A DNA stretch of 64,000 nt from Tetramitus jugosus. Lineage: Eukaryota > Protista > Heterolobosea. Within the stretch, counting starts at the first letter, position 1; every line of letters starts with the position of its first letter. Positions 1 to 10,364 of the stretch are shown piece after piece. The translations under genes were made by a program, and so were the position numbers. Location: contig OW569380.1 in the NCBI GenBank assembly GCA_937625935.1, positions 372,001-436,000 on the forward strand, given 5' to 3'. Under the pieces are notes generated by a model. That model was not told the DNA's origin and made no database searches. It worked only from the letters and a program-made list of their open reading frames with translations.

Positions 1-84
1 AACACACGAAAGCTCTCAACAAACAACACATCGAGAACCAATTGAGGTCACAAAGACGGCTGGTGTGGAGATAGCTAGAGAGAG

Positions 85-2832
85 ATGGACAATGAACAAC
101 CACCATTTTCATCATCATCGATCGGTGATCACTTCAACAACCATGACAACTCCATGATGAACACCATCAATCAACACGATACCACTAATCATACCTACAA
201 TAACAACAACATTAATGATGATGATGATGATGACAACAATGAAGATAATGATACGAATCATGACAATGTCATTCTCCACATTCCACTCTTACAATCTACC
301 ACTAGCACTACATCCACTACTCACACCACCAATCATCATCAACAACAACAACAACAACAACAACCATCTCAACCACACAATACAATAACATTACCATCAA
401 TATCAACAACAACCAATAGAACAACCAATAGAACAATGACATCATACAAACAAATGATATCATCTGCACACAAACAATTCAGTTATCAATCCTCTCGTTT
501 CTATTTCCTATCTGATTTCTTTGTGATACAATATCGAATGCATCACATGTCTCTCATTCTCTCTCTATTACTCCTACTGGCTCATCACATTTTTATTCGC
601 ATCATTCTCAGCCATACTACTACTACTACTACTACTACTGCTACTCCTGATGATCACAATAACAATACAAAAAATAACAATCAAGCGAGAGATCAAATGA
701 TTCACATGGTACCTCAATGGTTACTTCACTATTCTATCCTGTGGATACCATTGTACACTTGTGTATTCATTCATCAATTTCACATTTGTCACTGGTTCAT
801 TCGTCAATATTTCAAATACTTGAAACGACATTTGCGCAACAGAGTCATGTCTCATCGACGTCGACGTAGAAAACTACAACAAATGTACATGTCCATTTGT
901 TCATTTGTCTTTCACTTGTGTGCACTCGTGTTCTTCATTGTCTTGTCTGTTCGATTACAACAATCATTACTCGCACCACTCTTTTATGAGAATGACAACA
1001 ATAGTAGTAGTAGTAGTAATAATGGTAGTAATAATGGTGGTAGTAATGGTAGTAGTAGAAAGAGTTGGTTTTGGGTAATGATGCCCATGATTATTTATCT
1101 AGTGTTTCAATGGATTGCCACATGTGTGTATCACGTGTACATTCTATGGTGGTACAAGTGGTGGTATCATCACAACAATAATAACAATAACAACAATAAC
1201 AATAACAATAACAATAGTAACAATAGTATTGATAATAATGATAGTATTGATAATAGTGGTGGTAGACAAGAGATGAAAATGAAATCATTTGAATTTATGG
1301 CTCGATTTGTCATTATAGTCAACTACTTGTTATTTGTTTGTTTATTGTGGTTACGATTAGATGGTATTCTATTGTTTCAGAATTCAAGTAGTAATGATAG
1401 TGATAGTAGTATTAGTAGTGACAAGATTAGTAATGACATGAATAATCCATATGCAGCTGCCAACAATGACTCATTTATTGATTTCTATGTTGCGTGTCCC
1501 CTCATGTTCAACTGTGTCATGTACTGCTGTTTCCATGTCAAACAGTATTTACAATCGTTGAAGCAAGGAGTGTTGTTGAAACAGACGATTGAGTCATCTA
1601 TTGTGAGATTTCAGCGCAATCATCGTCGTCTTCGTCACAGTCGCTACTATCGTCATTTTTATAATCAACTTACCAATCAAGCGAATAACAATAATAATCA
1701 TCATCATACAAATGAGATGACTACTGCAACTACGACTACTACGACTGCTGCTGCTGCTGCGATGAATAATAATGATCATGAAAGTGAACAATCGAGAAGG
1801 GAAACAAGTGCTGTTGCTGTTGCTGTTGAACCACATGTTATTCTCACATCGACCATTATTCGACAAGTGTACACTTGTGTTCTCAGTCGATTCGATTGCC
1901 TATTCCAGTTCACAATCTCCTCATTTCTCATGTTTCTATTGCTGTTTGGAAGCTTGTTCTTTGGAGGTGAACTGGTTCATGTTCTCATGATTGATGGTAA
2001 TAGTAGTAATAATAGCAGTCAGTTGAGTACACTACAGTTGAGATGCATGACAGCTGTTGTTTGCATCTTATTGTGTTTGAGTGTCATTTGTGGAGTGTAC
2101 AGTATGATTCGATTCTATTTGGTGAGTGCTTGGTGCAATTATGTGAGTATACCTCGTATGATTCGATCCATGACACGCAATTCAACAAGTGGTCGATCAT
2201 CAACAAGCAATGCTCTCGATGAAGAGGCTGAGGATGAAGATGGTGTGTACAATCATCGTGATGACGACGAAGATGACGATGAAGAAGAAGATGACGATGA
2301 TGAAGAAGACGAAGACGATCGTCGGGAAATGAGAGAGCTCAATGGTGATGTGTTGAGACTGGTTAGACAATACTCTCAACACACACAATCGTTGCAACAA
2401 CCACAACATCCACTCATTTCTCCATTTGCACTCTTCTATTTCCAATCCATGGTAGACAGAGCTCAGGCAAGGGATCGATTGATGGCGTCGAATGAAACTG
2501 ACGATATCAATGCCAATCAGTTGATGGAGATTGTTCGGCGTTGGCAGAATAACCAATCGACCAATGTGCACTCTGGTGTGTCTCGGTCGTATGTAAATAT
2601 GTTGCCTACTTTCCAATTCGTATCACCGACAGAAGCAAAGGAAGACGATCAGGAGGGTTACTATACGTGCTCTGTTTGCCTGGAAGATTATGTAGATGGA
2701 GATGAGTTGAGAATGTTGCCTTGTTTCCATCGTTTTCATGTGTCATGCATTGATGGATGGTTAATGGATAGAGGCACATGCCCAATATGTCGAACATCTG
2801 CGATTCAAGTATCACCACCGACTGGCCAATAA
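85..2832 (+). CDS. Multi-pass membrane RING-H2 E3 ubiquitin ligase (TM region resembles TMEM185/Tmemb_185A)
   Basis: C-terminal [30 protein letters not shown] is a canonical RING-H2. Several hydrophobic helices carry LRLDG and WFWVMMP motifs. Poly-N/Q/T/D tracts are present. Confidence 0.85.
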   Translation: MDNEQPPFSSSSIGDHFNNHDNSMMNTINQHDTTNHTYNNNNINDDDDDDNNEDNDTNHDNVILHIPLLQSTTSTTSTTHTTNHHQQQQQQQQPSQPHNTITLPSISTTTNRTTNRTMTSYKQMISSAHKQFSYQSSRFYFLSDFFVIQYRMHHMSLILSLLLLLAHHIFIRIILSHTTTTTTTTATPDDHNNNTKNNNQARDQMIHMVPQWLLHYSILWIPLYTCVFIHQFHICHWFIRQYFKYLKRHLRNRVMSHRRRRRKLQQMYMSICSFVFHLCALVFFIVLSVRLQQSLLAPLFYENDNNSSSSSNNGSNNGGSNGSSRKSWFWVMMPMIIYLVFQWIATCVYHVYILWWYKWWYHHNNNNNNNNNNNNNNSNNSIDNNDSIDNSGGRQEMKMKSFEFMARFVIIVNYLLFVCLLWLRLDGILLFQNSSSNDSDSSISSDKISNDMNNPYAAANNDSFIDFYVACPLMFNCVMYCCFHVKQYLQSLKQGVLLKQTIESSIVRFQRNHRRLRHSRYYRHFYNQLTNQANNNNNHHHTNEMTTATTTTTTAAAAAMNNNDHESEQSRRETSAVAVAVEPHVILTSTIIRQVYTCVLSRFDCLFQFTISSFLMFLLLFGSLFFGGELVHVLMIDGNSSNNSSQLSTLQLRCMTAVVCILLCLSVICGVYSMIRFYLVSAWCNYVSIPRMIRSMTRNSTSGRSSTSNALDEEAEDEDGVYNHRDDDEDDDEEEDDDDEEDEDDRREMRELNGDVLRLVRQYSQHTQSLQQPQHPLISPFALFYFQSMVDRAQARDRLMASNETDDINANQLMEIVRRWQNNQSTNVHSGVSRSYVNMLPTFQFVSPTEAKEDDQEGYYTCSVCLEDYVDGDELRMLPCFHRFHVSCIDGWLMDRGTCPICRTSAIQVSPPTGQ

Positions 2833-2894
2833 AGTAGATTGCATTTCGAACAGTGAAGCTCAATGAAGATTTTCATGTATTCCTTTACTTCTAT

Positions 2895-4553
2895 TTACAT
2901 GGAAACTGATGTCAATCCCATCATTTGAATCCGATCTGGACCACTTAGCAGTAGTTCATGTGCCTTGATTTCGACTCGATTGAATACAAATGGTCCATAT
3001 TCGATCAATTTCTGAGCCCGACTCCAAGTCACACGGCTCAAGAAGGCTTGTAGTGATGCCTTTGAGTCAAATGTTAGCTTGAGTGATACATCTTTTGCGA
3101 TCAAGAACCCATCAACTCTTTGACTCAATACGCCATTTGGTCCAAAATATTGTGCCGATTGTTTCTGTGGCCAGGTCCTAATCAAGTCAACTAATACTTG
3201 ATTGTACCATGCAGGACTAGGAGAAACAGAGTACTCTGTTATTTGATTGATCCGTAGCTCTACATGGGTTGTGATTGGCTTGTTGTTAACTTGGAATTTC
3301 ACATGATTCGAGTGAACAATCATTGGGACTTGGCTCGACGTTGAATTGAAGCGATCGGTGATGGCACTAGGTAGATCTGAGTTCCACATCTTCAACACAG
3401 CGACAACAGCCTTTCCCAAGTGCTCAAAGTAATATTCTAGTTCATTACCATACACTTTTTGTTCTTTCCACTTCTTTGATTTTTCATTGAGCTCATCCCA
3501 CTTACTCTCCCATTCCTTCATTGACAAGCACGTGTCATTTCGCTCCAAATAGGACTTGAGAGGAACACTCGAATCAGGATACACTCTTAAGTATTCTTTA
3601 TGGCAATTCTCTGCCTGTATCATGATTTGTTGTGCTGCTTGATCGATATCCGTCTGTAAATACTTCCATTCTTTGCTCGAATCAGCATGTACATTCTGTT
3701 GTTTGACTCGTTGTTGTTCCTTGACCATGTTGACATTGACATTGTTTATAAAGTCCATGTATCGATCGGAAAATGACTCTGAGCCTTTCTGGTAACGTTC
3801 AGCAAAGCGAATTGATTCCAATGGTACAATGTCACTCAATGCTTTGATCAATTGAAAGTCATTTAAATCCTTTAGAGATATCGATAGAGGATGATCCAAT
3901 AGATGGAACATTCTGCTACCACTCTTGTGTTTCATCAACATCTTTTCCATTTGTTTCACAAGTTGCTCAGCATCATCATTGCTCTGCAACCAGTTGTTCA
4001 TTGTCATCATGTTCATCATTGAATCATCATATGGCTTCAATTGATACTTTGAAGTATACTTTGTTTGAATCAAATACTCATTTCTCTTATAACCATCCTT
4101 GCTCCCCAAAGTACACCTGCGATCAGCACTTACTCTTGTTTGTGCCCTCGTTTTCACTACAGTTGATTGTAATCTTGCATACGCATCGTTGACAACAATA
4201 ACGAGTATTGGATCATTTCTAATATTCTTTTCTGTGAAGAGGAATACTTTTTGTTTCTCTTCTGACGATAGTGGTTGTTGACTCTTTCGATCCATGAGTG
4301 ACAATGAGTGTGGTTGAGCAGACGAATGATGATAGTCATTGATCGAAGAGTAGACACAAGACAGAATACAGAATCGATTGGATGTGAAGTAGCGAGACGA
4401 CGTGCATTCATTGATGCATGCATTGGTCATCCAGTCGACTGGATCTTTTGTGCTCCTCTTCTTGAATCGATTGTCAGTTGCACATGATGAAAAACAACAG
4501 ACAAGGAGAATAGAAACCAAGAACAAGGCAATTGAACACTGATGATGTCGCAT
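2895..4553 (-). CDS. Secreted hypothetical protein (552 aa)
   Basis: Long ORF with an N-terminal hydrophobic signal peptide, a small Cys cluster and a beta-rich C-terminus. Confidence 0.7.
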   Translation of the reverse strand: MRHHQCSIALFLVSILLVCCFSSCATDNRFKKRSTKDPVDWMTNACINECTSSRYFTSNRFCILSCVYSSINDYHHSSAQPHSLSLMDRKSQQPLSSEEKQKVFLFTEKNIRNDPILVIVVNDAYARLQSTVVKTRAQTRVSADRRCTLGSKDGYKRNEYLIQTKYTSKYQLKPYDDSMMNMMTMNNWLQSNDDAEQLVKQMEKMLMKHKSGSRMFHLLDHPLSISLKDLNDFQLIKALSDIVPLESIRFAERYQKGSESFSDRYMDFINNVNVNMVKEQQRVKQQNVHADSSKEWKYLQTDIDQAAQQIMIQAENCHKEYLRVYPDSSVPLKSYLERNDTCLSMKEWESKWDELNEKSKKWKEQKVYGNELEYYFEHLGKAVVAVLKMWNSDLPSAITDRFNSTSSQVPMIVHSNHVKFQVNNKPITTHVELRINQITEYSVSPSPAWYNQVLVDLIRTWPQKQSAQYFGPNGVLSQRVDGFLIAKDVSLKLTFDSKASLQAFLSRVTWSRAQKLIEYGPFVFNRVEIKAHELLLSGPDRIQMMGLTSVSM

Positions 4554-4744
4554 TGTGATTGGTCACACTCGAGAGGATCGTCTTTCGTTTCAATAATTGA
4601 ATCAGATGGTAGTTCACACATGTGTTTTCCGACTCCCCTTTTTAATTTGGCCGATGCCAGCTGTCATCTATCAAAAAACAAAGGAAAATCGGTGAAATTA
4701 CCACACTGCGAAGACAATCAAATAATTAGGAGGACAACAACAAA

Positions 4745-5221
4745 ATGAAATTGCTCCCAGTGATACTATTCATTCTCATTGTTTGCTATTGTTGCTTTAC
4801 GATCGGTACTCAAGCCTCCACAAGCGATGTCACTGATACCACCGACAGTACCACTCAGAATGTCACATCGACCATTTGCCGACCGTACCTGAGAAATTAC
4901 AACGAAACAGAGATGGAAACAGAGGAGAATTTGTTGTTGCAGGGTGGTGTTTTGACCAATTATAAAGCCAATGCAGCATATCTGCCATGGGACAAGGACT
5001 GTGAATTCTATTTCAAGGCATTTGCTTGTGCAAGAGCATTTGGATCCGTTTGTAGATACACGTGTGATCACTATGTCAACAGTTGTTGGATGAGAAACGG
5101 TGGAAACTTTAAGGTGAACATCTTTTGGCGAAAGGATCAATACAAGAGAAAGTTGAAATACTTTTGTGAACAGAATAGCGCAGCTGCAGGTGATGAGTGC
5201 GTCGAGACAAACAACTATTGA
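4745..5221 (+). CDS. Small secreted Cys-rich protein, Frizzled-CRD/folate-receptor-like fold
   Basis: Signal peptide; DCEFYFKAFACARAF..VCRYTCDHYVNSC spacing is typical of CRD-like domains. Confidence 0.6.
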   Translation: MKLLPVILFILIVCYCCFTIGTQASTSDVTDTTDSTTQNVTSTICRPYLRNYNETEMETEENLLLQGGVLTNYKANAAYLPWDKDCEFYFKAFACARAFGSVCRYTCDHYVNSCWMRNGGNFKVNIFWRKDQYKRKLKYFCEQNSAAAGDECVETNNY

Positions 5222-5360
5222 AATTGAGAAAGACGAGAGGAGAGCAGTGTCCGGAATTGTGCTGCATTCATTTTGTGAGCTGTAATATCATCATTGTATG
5301 ATTTGTAATAATAATAATCTCATTGTGTTTTTAATTGTTCAATTCGTGCAAGTATTATTG

Positions 5361-5618
5361 TTAGTGTTGAATGTGTAGTTGCTTACCAAGTGACTTGTTT
5401 TGAGCATCAGCCTGAAGCACTTCATCAAAATCTATGCTTGAGCATGAAGCGACATTCAATGTTGTCAAGTGTGGCATATCAGACAATTGTTCCAGCTCGT
5501 TAATTGTAACAGCATCAGTTGACATGAGATTCAACGATTTCAGCTCTGTGCAATGCTTAATCACTGCTTGTATTGCTGCAGGTGTGATTAGTTTGCAGCT
5601 TTTCAGTACTAACTCCAT
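5361..5618 (-). CDS. Short LRR (cysteine-containing subtype) protein or fragment
   Basis: LKSCKLITPAAIQAVIKHCTELKSLNL..LTTLNVASCSSI is an LRR-CC pattern. Frame is closed upstream by TAG at 5652-5654; first ATG is at 5618. Confidence 0.5.
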   Translation of the reverse strand: MELVLKSCKLITPAAIQAVIKHCTELKSLNLMSTDAVTINELEQLSDMPHLTTLNVASCSSIDFDEVLQADAQNKSLGKQLHIQH

Positions 5619-6471
5619 GTCCTTAGCCTCGCTTCGCAATACGTTGAAAAGCTATGGATCCGAGACGAAGAAATTGTCGCTTGTCAGGAATTTGGATGTT
5701 ATTTATCGTCCCACTAATTTGGCGGCACGCAATCTGATTGCAGCAGATCATTTCGTAGATTTAACTCGGTTGAGACATTTGCGAACCAATGTATTTATTT
5801 TGGACATGATTTCCCAACCAACTCTTCAATACTTAGATATATCCGAGTGCAAGAAACTAGGTAACTATGAACGATTGGAACTCATTCACATGTTGCCCAA
5901 GCTCCGTAGTTTGAAGGTGAATTATTCTTCGTTATCGAACTTTAGTAGTCTTCTGGAGCGAATGAAGAATAAGGCGAAGCACTTGGTTGAACTTCTGATT
6001 GATAATTTTCTCCCATCGGAAGACGAGGCCCAACTCTTATTTTCGAACCCACATATCAAACGATTGACTCTGAAATTGCACAATAAGAGTCTTTCCAACT
6101 CTCGACTGCTCTATCACTTGAAAAACAATCGAACACTAAAAGAATTGGAATGTATTGGATGCAACCTTGACCGAAGTGCTGTCCAATATATCAAACCAAC
6201 TTGTCTCAATCATTTGGCTGTTACTATTCAAACAGAATCAGATGTAGTAGACTTTGTGAAAGAGCTGTTATCAGAGAAACTTTCAATCAGAGAGCTTACG
6301 ATCACGAATCTAAGCCCTACTATCGTACTCACTGGGGAGTTGTTTAAGAGCTTGATTGATGACTCCAATTTGAGAGATATTTCCATTTTGCAATCCTATC
6401 TCGTTTTCAAGTCGAACAAGGATAGGGAAGAGATCCGAACCAAGTATCCTTTCCTGAACTTCTGGTGTTAA
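5617..6471 (+). CDS. Leucine-rich repeat protein (RNI-like)
   Basis: Repeated LxxLxL motifs (LQYLDISEC, LPKLRSLKV, LKELECIGC, IRELTI). The ORF 5' part (5434-5616) is the antisense of the neighbouring LRR, so the start was placed at the in-frame ATG 5617 (uncertain). Confidence 0.6.
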   Translation: MSLASLRNTLKSYGSETKKLSLVRNLDVIYRPTNLAARNLIAADHFVDLTRLRHLRTNVFILDMISQPTLQYLDISECKKLGNYERLELIHMLPKLRSLKVNYSSLSNFSSLLERMKNKAKHLVELLIDNFLPSEDEAQLLFSNPHIKRLTLKLHNKSLSNSRLLYHLKNNRTLKELECIGCNLDRSAVQYIKPTCLNHLAVTIQTESDVVDFVKELLSEKLSIRELTITNLSPTIVLTGELFKSLIDDSNLRDISILQSYLVFKSNKDREEIRTKYPFLNFWC

Positions 6472-6732
6472 AATCTGCAGAGGGAATTCGACCTTAAAAG
6501 ACGAGCTGTATTCCTTATTTTTCTTCAATATTCAATCTTCATGGTGTCGGAAACAGTATCATTTTGTGGGTATCACCCCGCAAGCGTTTCTTGTTACCTG
6601 TTTTTCCGATTTCCAAAAACGCAATGAATGATTATCCCGACTCCTCGATATTACCCGAAGGATTTGACATCGCACACTCCAAAGAAAACACACAAACAGA
6701 TTGTGAGAGAACTATTACTATATCAATAAACA

Positions 6733-8402
6733 ATGGGTAGCAGACACAGCGCAATGGCTGGAGCCATTGATGAAGAACATCCAGACAAGTGGTCAGCTGT
6801 TCAATTGCGGCAATGGTTGCAATTGTATGATCATGAATCAATTGCAAGTATGTGTGTCATGTGTGGGAGGAGTTGATCTGTTTGTTATGTGTGTAAAATC
6901 TCATTAACATATTCTTTGCCGTAACAATAATGAATTTGTGCTCTATGAATGATTGTATGATGTGTGAATGATCATTCCTTCTGTTGTTTTTGGTGCTTCT
7001 GTGTGTGCATCTGTGTGTGTGTGTGTGTGTGTGAATCTTCATAGCTATTCTCTACCAAAATTCTATCAATGGCAATCAATTTCTTCAACTTTCATATGAC
7101 AAGTTGAAAAAGTTCAAATTGAGTGATGAGCAAGCAGATAATATTCTCATGTTAATTTGCAATTTGAAGCAAAATATTGCCAGTAGAAACATTACGGTAG
7201 ATGATGAGCAGAAGATTAAGGCTGTGTATGCAAAATTACAAAATACCAAGGATTTTATTTGTTATACACAGGAAGTCAGAGAGAGGAAGGCAAGGAATTT
7301 GGCTGTCAAGGACTGCTTGTTAGAATCGTACTTGAGCTTGGACTGTGTAGCGATCAAGAGAACGATCATGGAGCTTTCAGAGGACAATGAAGCCAATCCA
7401 TCGACGACTGGTGGCAATTTCCTAATGTCATCCAATGCTGGTAGTGGTATCAGTGATGTGAAGGGAGGTGATAGCAATGGTATCATGGAGATTACGAGTG
7501 TAAGTGATGAGCCAATGGTTGTCGGTGAAGCAATGAACGATTATTTTGCTGAGAAGGAGAGCGATCTGATGCAGATTGAACAGGAGTGCAATGAGCTGAT
7601 CATTTCTGATCGAATGAGAAGTGCAATGCTGGGCACGGAATCCAAATCATTGGATACTGAGATTATGAAAGTGAAGTTAGTGGTGACAGAGATCCATCAC
7701 AACTCTCAAGACAAGTTGTTCCGTCGAATGATATCTCCTGTCATGTCGGCGTTCAATATGTCTCCCCAGTTTGGCTTCTTCCACACTGCTTTGATTGTGG
7801 GGCCATGGTACCTCGAATGGACCAACTCTTCTCTCATTATACCTCGAAGATGTACTTCTACAGCTGCTCTGCTCGCTGCTGATGTAGGTACGGAGTTTAG
7901 TGGAATTGAAGTCCATAAAGCAGCACAAGTAATTGCTGAAAAGGTGGCTGAGTGGAATGCAAGTTACGAATATTCCCAGCACCACAAGAATTGTCAACAT
8001 TTTGTTGACGAAATTTGTTCAAGTCTGGGTATTGAATTGAACTTTGGAGGTGCTCTGCAAAATTATATTAAACAGTGCCGAACATATGGACGATGTGAGA
8101 TCAAGTACATTGTTCCTGAAGAAATTCAGAAAGCATTGGAGATGACAGATAATGAAATAGAATTCAAAACTCATATTGAACTGGATGATTTTGTGAGACA
8201 AGTGGCTGATAAGCTACCAGATTATTTCCCAGCCAATACTGATGATTGGATGTTGCTCAAGAGCTTTGATAGAGCGTTCTGGCTTCGCTCCTTCCGATAT
8301 CCTACCAGAAGTGAATACATGCCAACAGAATGCTCGCATGAAACATTTCACACCTCATGTCCCTTCAATCATCCAAGAGCCACCAATTCAATTGTAAACT
8401 AA
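6733..8402 (+). CDS. SAM domain + PPPDE/DeSI-like (permuted papain fold) peptidase; exons 6733-6847, 7045-8402
   Basis: Intron 6848-7044 (GTATGT..CATAG) joins in frame to give MGSRHS..WSAVQLRQWLQLYDHESIATILYQNSINGNQFLQLSYDKLKKF (SAM). The C-terminal part has FFHTALIVG and KNCQHF (His/Cys dyad). Confidence 0.8.
7012..7033 (+). repeat. (TG)n microsatellite inside an intron
   Basis: Direct observation. Confidence 0.9.
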
Positions 8403-8727
8403 GAGCCAGGCTTTTTCTATTAATTGTGCAATGTATTGGTGTCCATGGATGCGGAGAAAAGGACTAACTGTAACAGCGAAAACTACAAGGATTTGATTCC
8501 TTTATCCGAAATTGTACGCAGCGCACACCGAACATAATTTATATGATCTGAAATACAATCTTGTGTGATCTTTCCGAACACGAAAACATAGCCAAGTCAA
8601 ACACCGTCTTTCCTCATTTGCCAGTACCTTTTTTCTTCTAGAGACCATTGTTGTGCCACAGACAACAACAACTATTCCCGCGAACCAACTACTAGATCCC
8701 CGAAACCAATCCAGCCACACGAATACA

Positions 8728-8997
8728 ATGGACCACGAACATCTCCACCAGCTTCCCCAACGTCACTCTGCCAAGTCTCGAACCAGGAGATTTTCAGGAG
8801 GCTTTCTCAAACCAGAATCACTGTTATGTGTCCAGCACCAACACGGTCCCTATTCAGAGCACAGTGACTCTCTGTCCTTGGTCATCCCATCCTACTCGAT
8901 GAGTCCAGCTGACGAGTCAGGAAGAAGATGGCCACCGACTCCGATGCCTGGATCAATTCAAGAACAATCCATTTACCAATCACTTCACATGTTGTAA
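8728..8997 (+). CDS. Possible small disordered protein (89 aa)
   Basis: ATG-started ORF in an otherwise empty gap, preceded by a CA-rich leader. No domain recognised. Confidence 0.3.
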   Translation: MDHEHLHQLPQRHSAKSRTRRFSGGFLKPESLLCVQHQHGPYSEHSDSLSLVIPSYSMSPADESGRRWPPTPMPGSIQEQSIYQSLHML

Positions 8998-9245
8998 TAA
9001 CGTGTTGTAAATAGAGGAACAGAGCCATTTTTTTTGTACAGTTGGCTCGAATAAACCACCGTCAACCATTACAAAGCGTCCGATAACACACAAACCGAAA
9101 AATGAGAGTCGCGACTCCCCAAAAATAATGCCAAGAGAATACTCGGGCACCATAAATACTGAACTCTCATTGAGAGTGTCAACTCTTCATGCCAAGATGC
9201 GTTGTTGTTCAGAATCAAAACAAACTGAATTATTCTAACCAAGAA

Positions 9246-10310
9246 ATGATAAGAGCCCATTGCCTAAGTTCCCTATTGCTGATCCTTATGTTCCAAGTAG
9301 GAATGCTGGCAAGTGTCATACATTGCTCACTGAGAACAACAACATTCACAACTCCAATCACAAAACAATCGTTTCATGACGAGGTCATAGGACACTCTGT
9401 TCTCATGAGAACAACCGACAAGTCAACCAACGAACTGACCCAAGCGTTTTCATCGATTCGTTCGAAGCTTAGCCAACTCCCCTCTGTACAATATTTGGCC
9501 ATCGGAGAGCACATTGCATCACTACAACCAAACAGTGAGTACAAATCAGCTCTGTTTGACGTGTTCGATAATGACAACGACTTAGTATCGTACAATGCCG
9601 ACAGTGATCACATTCGGATCAAGGAGTCGATGATCTTGCCATTGTTGGACACTTCAATCAAATCAAAGTACAATGGCAGAGAAGCTCTTTTGGCCATGGA
9701 TGTTCATCGATGTGCGAGAACTAATCAAATGACAGACGCTAACTTGTGTTCTCATTTTGCCAGTGGAAAAGTTGTAGTTCATTCAGTAGCGATGAACATG
9801 GCTGGGTCTGTCTCCGAGAATGACATTAATCGCTTCTGTTACTCCTTGTGCAAGTTGCAAGGAGTTCAAGGTGTATTGGAGATGTATTGCAGCGTTAACT
9901 ATGTTCCATATGGACAACAACCTAGAAATCAAGGATATCAATTGGGATTGATAGCAGTTTTATCCGATGAAGACTCTCTTTCTCATTACAATACTGATTC
10001 TTTTCACTTGTCAATCAAGAGAACAATTGAACCAATGTTGAACCATTCTAACCCTCTACCTGTTGTTCGAATCGATTATTCAGGGAGCGCACCATGCAGG
10101 AAGGAAGTAGCCATACCAGGGCATTTACCTCCCATTCACTCGTCTGTAGCTACAACTTTAATTATTATCTTCGTGGGAGTACTCCTTCTCACAGTTGCAA
10201 TAATCGCTGTATTCATGGAGTATAAACGAAAGATGAAGAGAAAGGAGCAGAGACGAGAAAACTACCTTGAAAGTGAGCAGTACATCACTGACCAACTTGT
10301 TCGGGTATGA
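9246..10310 (+). CDS. Type I membrane protein with two Dabb (stress-responsive A/B barrel) domains
   Basis: Signal-like MIRAHCLSSLLLILMF; two repeats of H-x-V..(F/L)..L..Y....H (HSVLM..FDNDNDLVSYNADSDH; HSVAM..LSDEDSLSHYNTDSFH); C-terminal TM followed by a basic tail. Confidence 0.7.
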   Translation: MIRAHCLSSLLLILMFQVGMLASVIHCSLRTTTFTTPITKQSFHDEVIGHSVLMRTTDKSTNELTQAFSSIRSKLSQLPSVQYLAIGEHIASLQPNSEYKSALFDVFDNDNDLVSYNADSDHIRIKESMILPLLDTSIKSKYNGREALLAMDVHRCARTNQMTDANLCSHFASGKVVVHSVAMNMAGSVSENDINRFCYSLCKLQGVQGVLEMYCSVNYVPYGQQPRNQGYQLGLIAVLSDEDSLSHYNTDSFHLSIKRTIEPMLNHSNPLPVVRIDYSGSAPCRKEVAIPGHLPPIHSSVATTLIIIFVGVLLLTVAIIAVFMEYKRKMKRKEQRRENYLESEQYITDQLVRV

Positions 10311-10364
10311 GTAGTGGAACGACTGAACGCTCAAAGAAGGAGGACTTAAAGTACAAAGGTCAAA

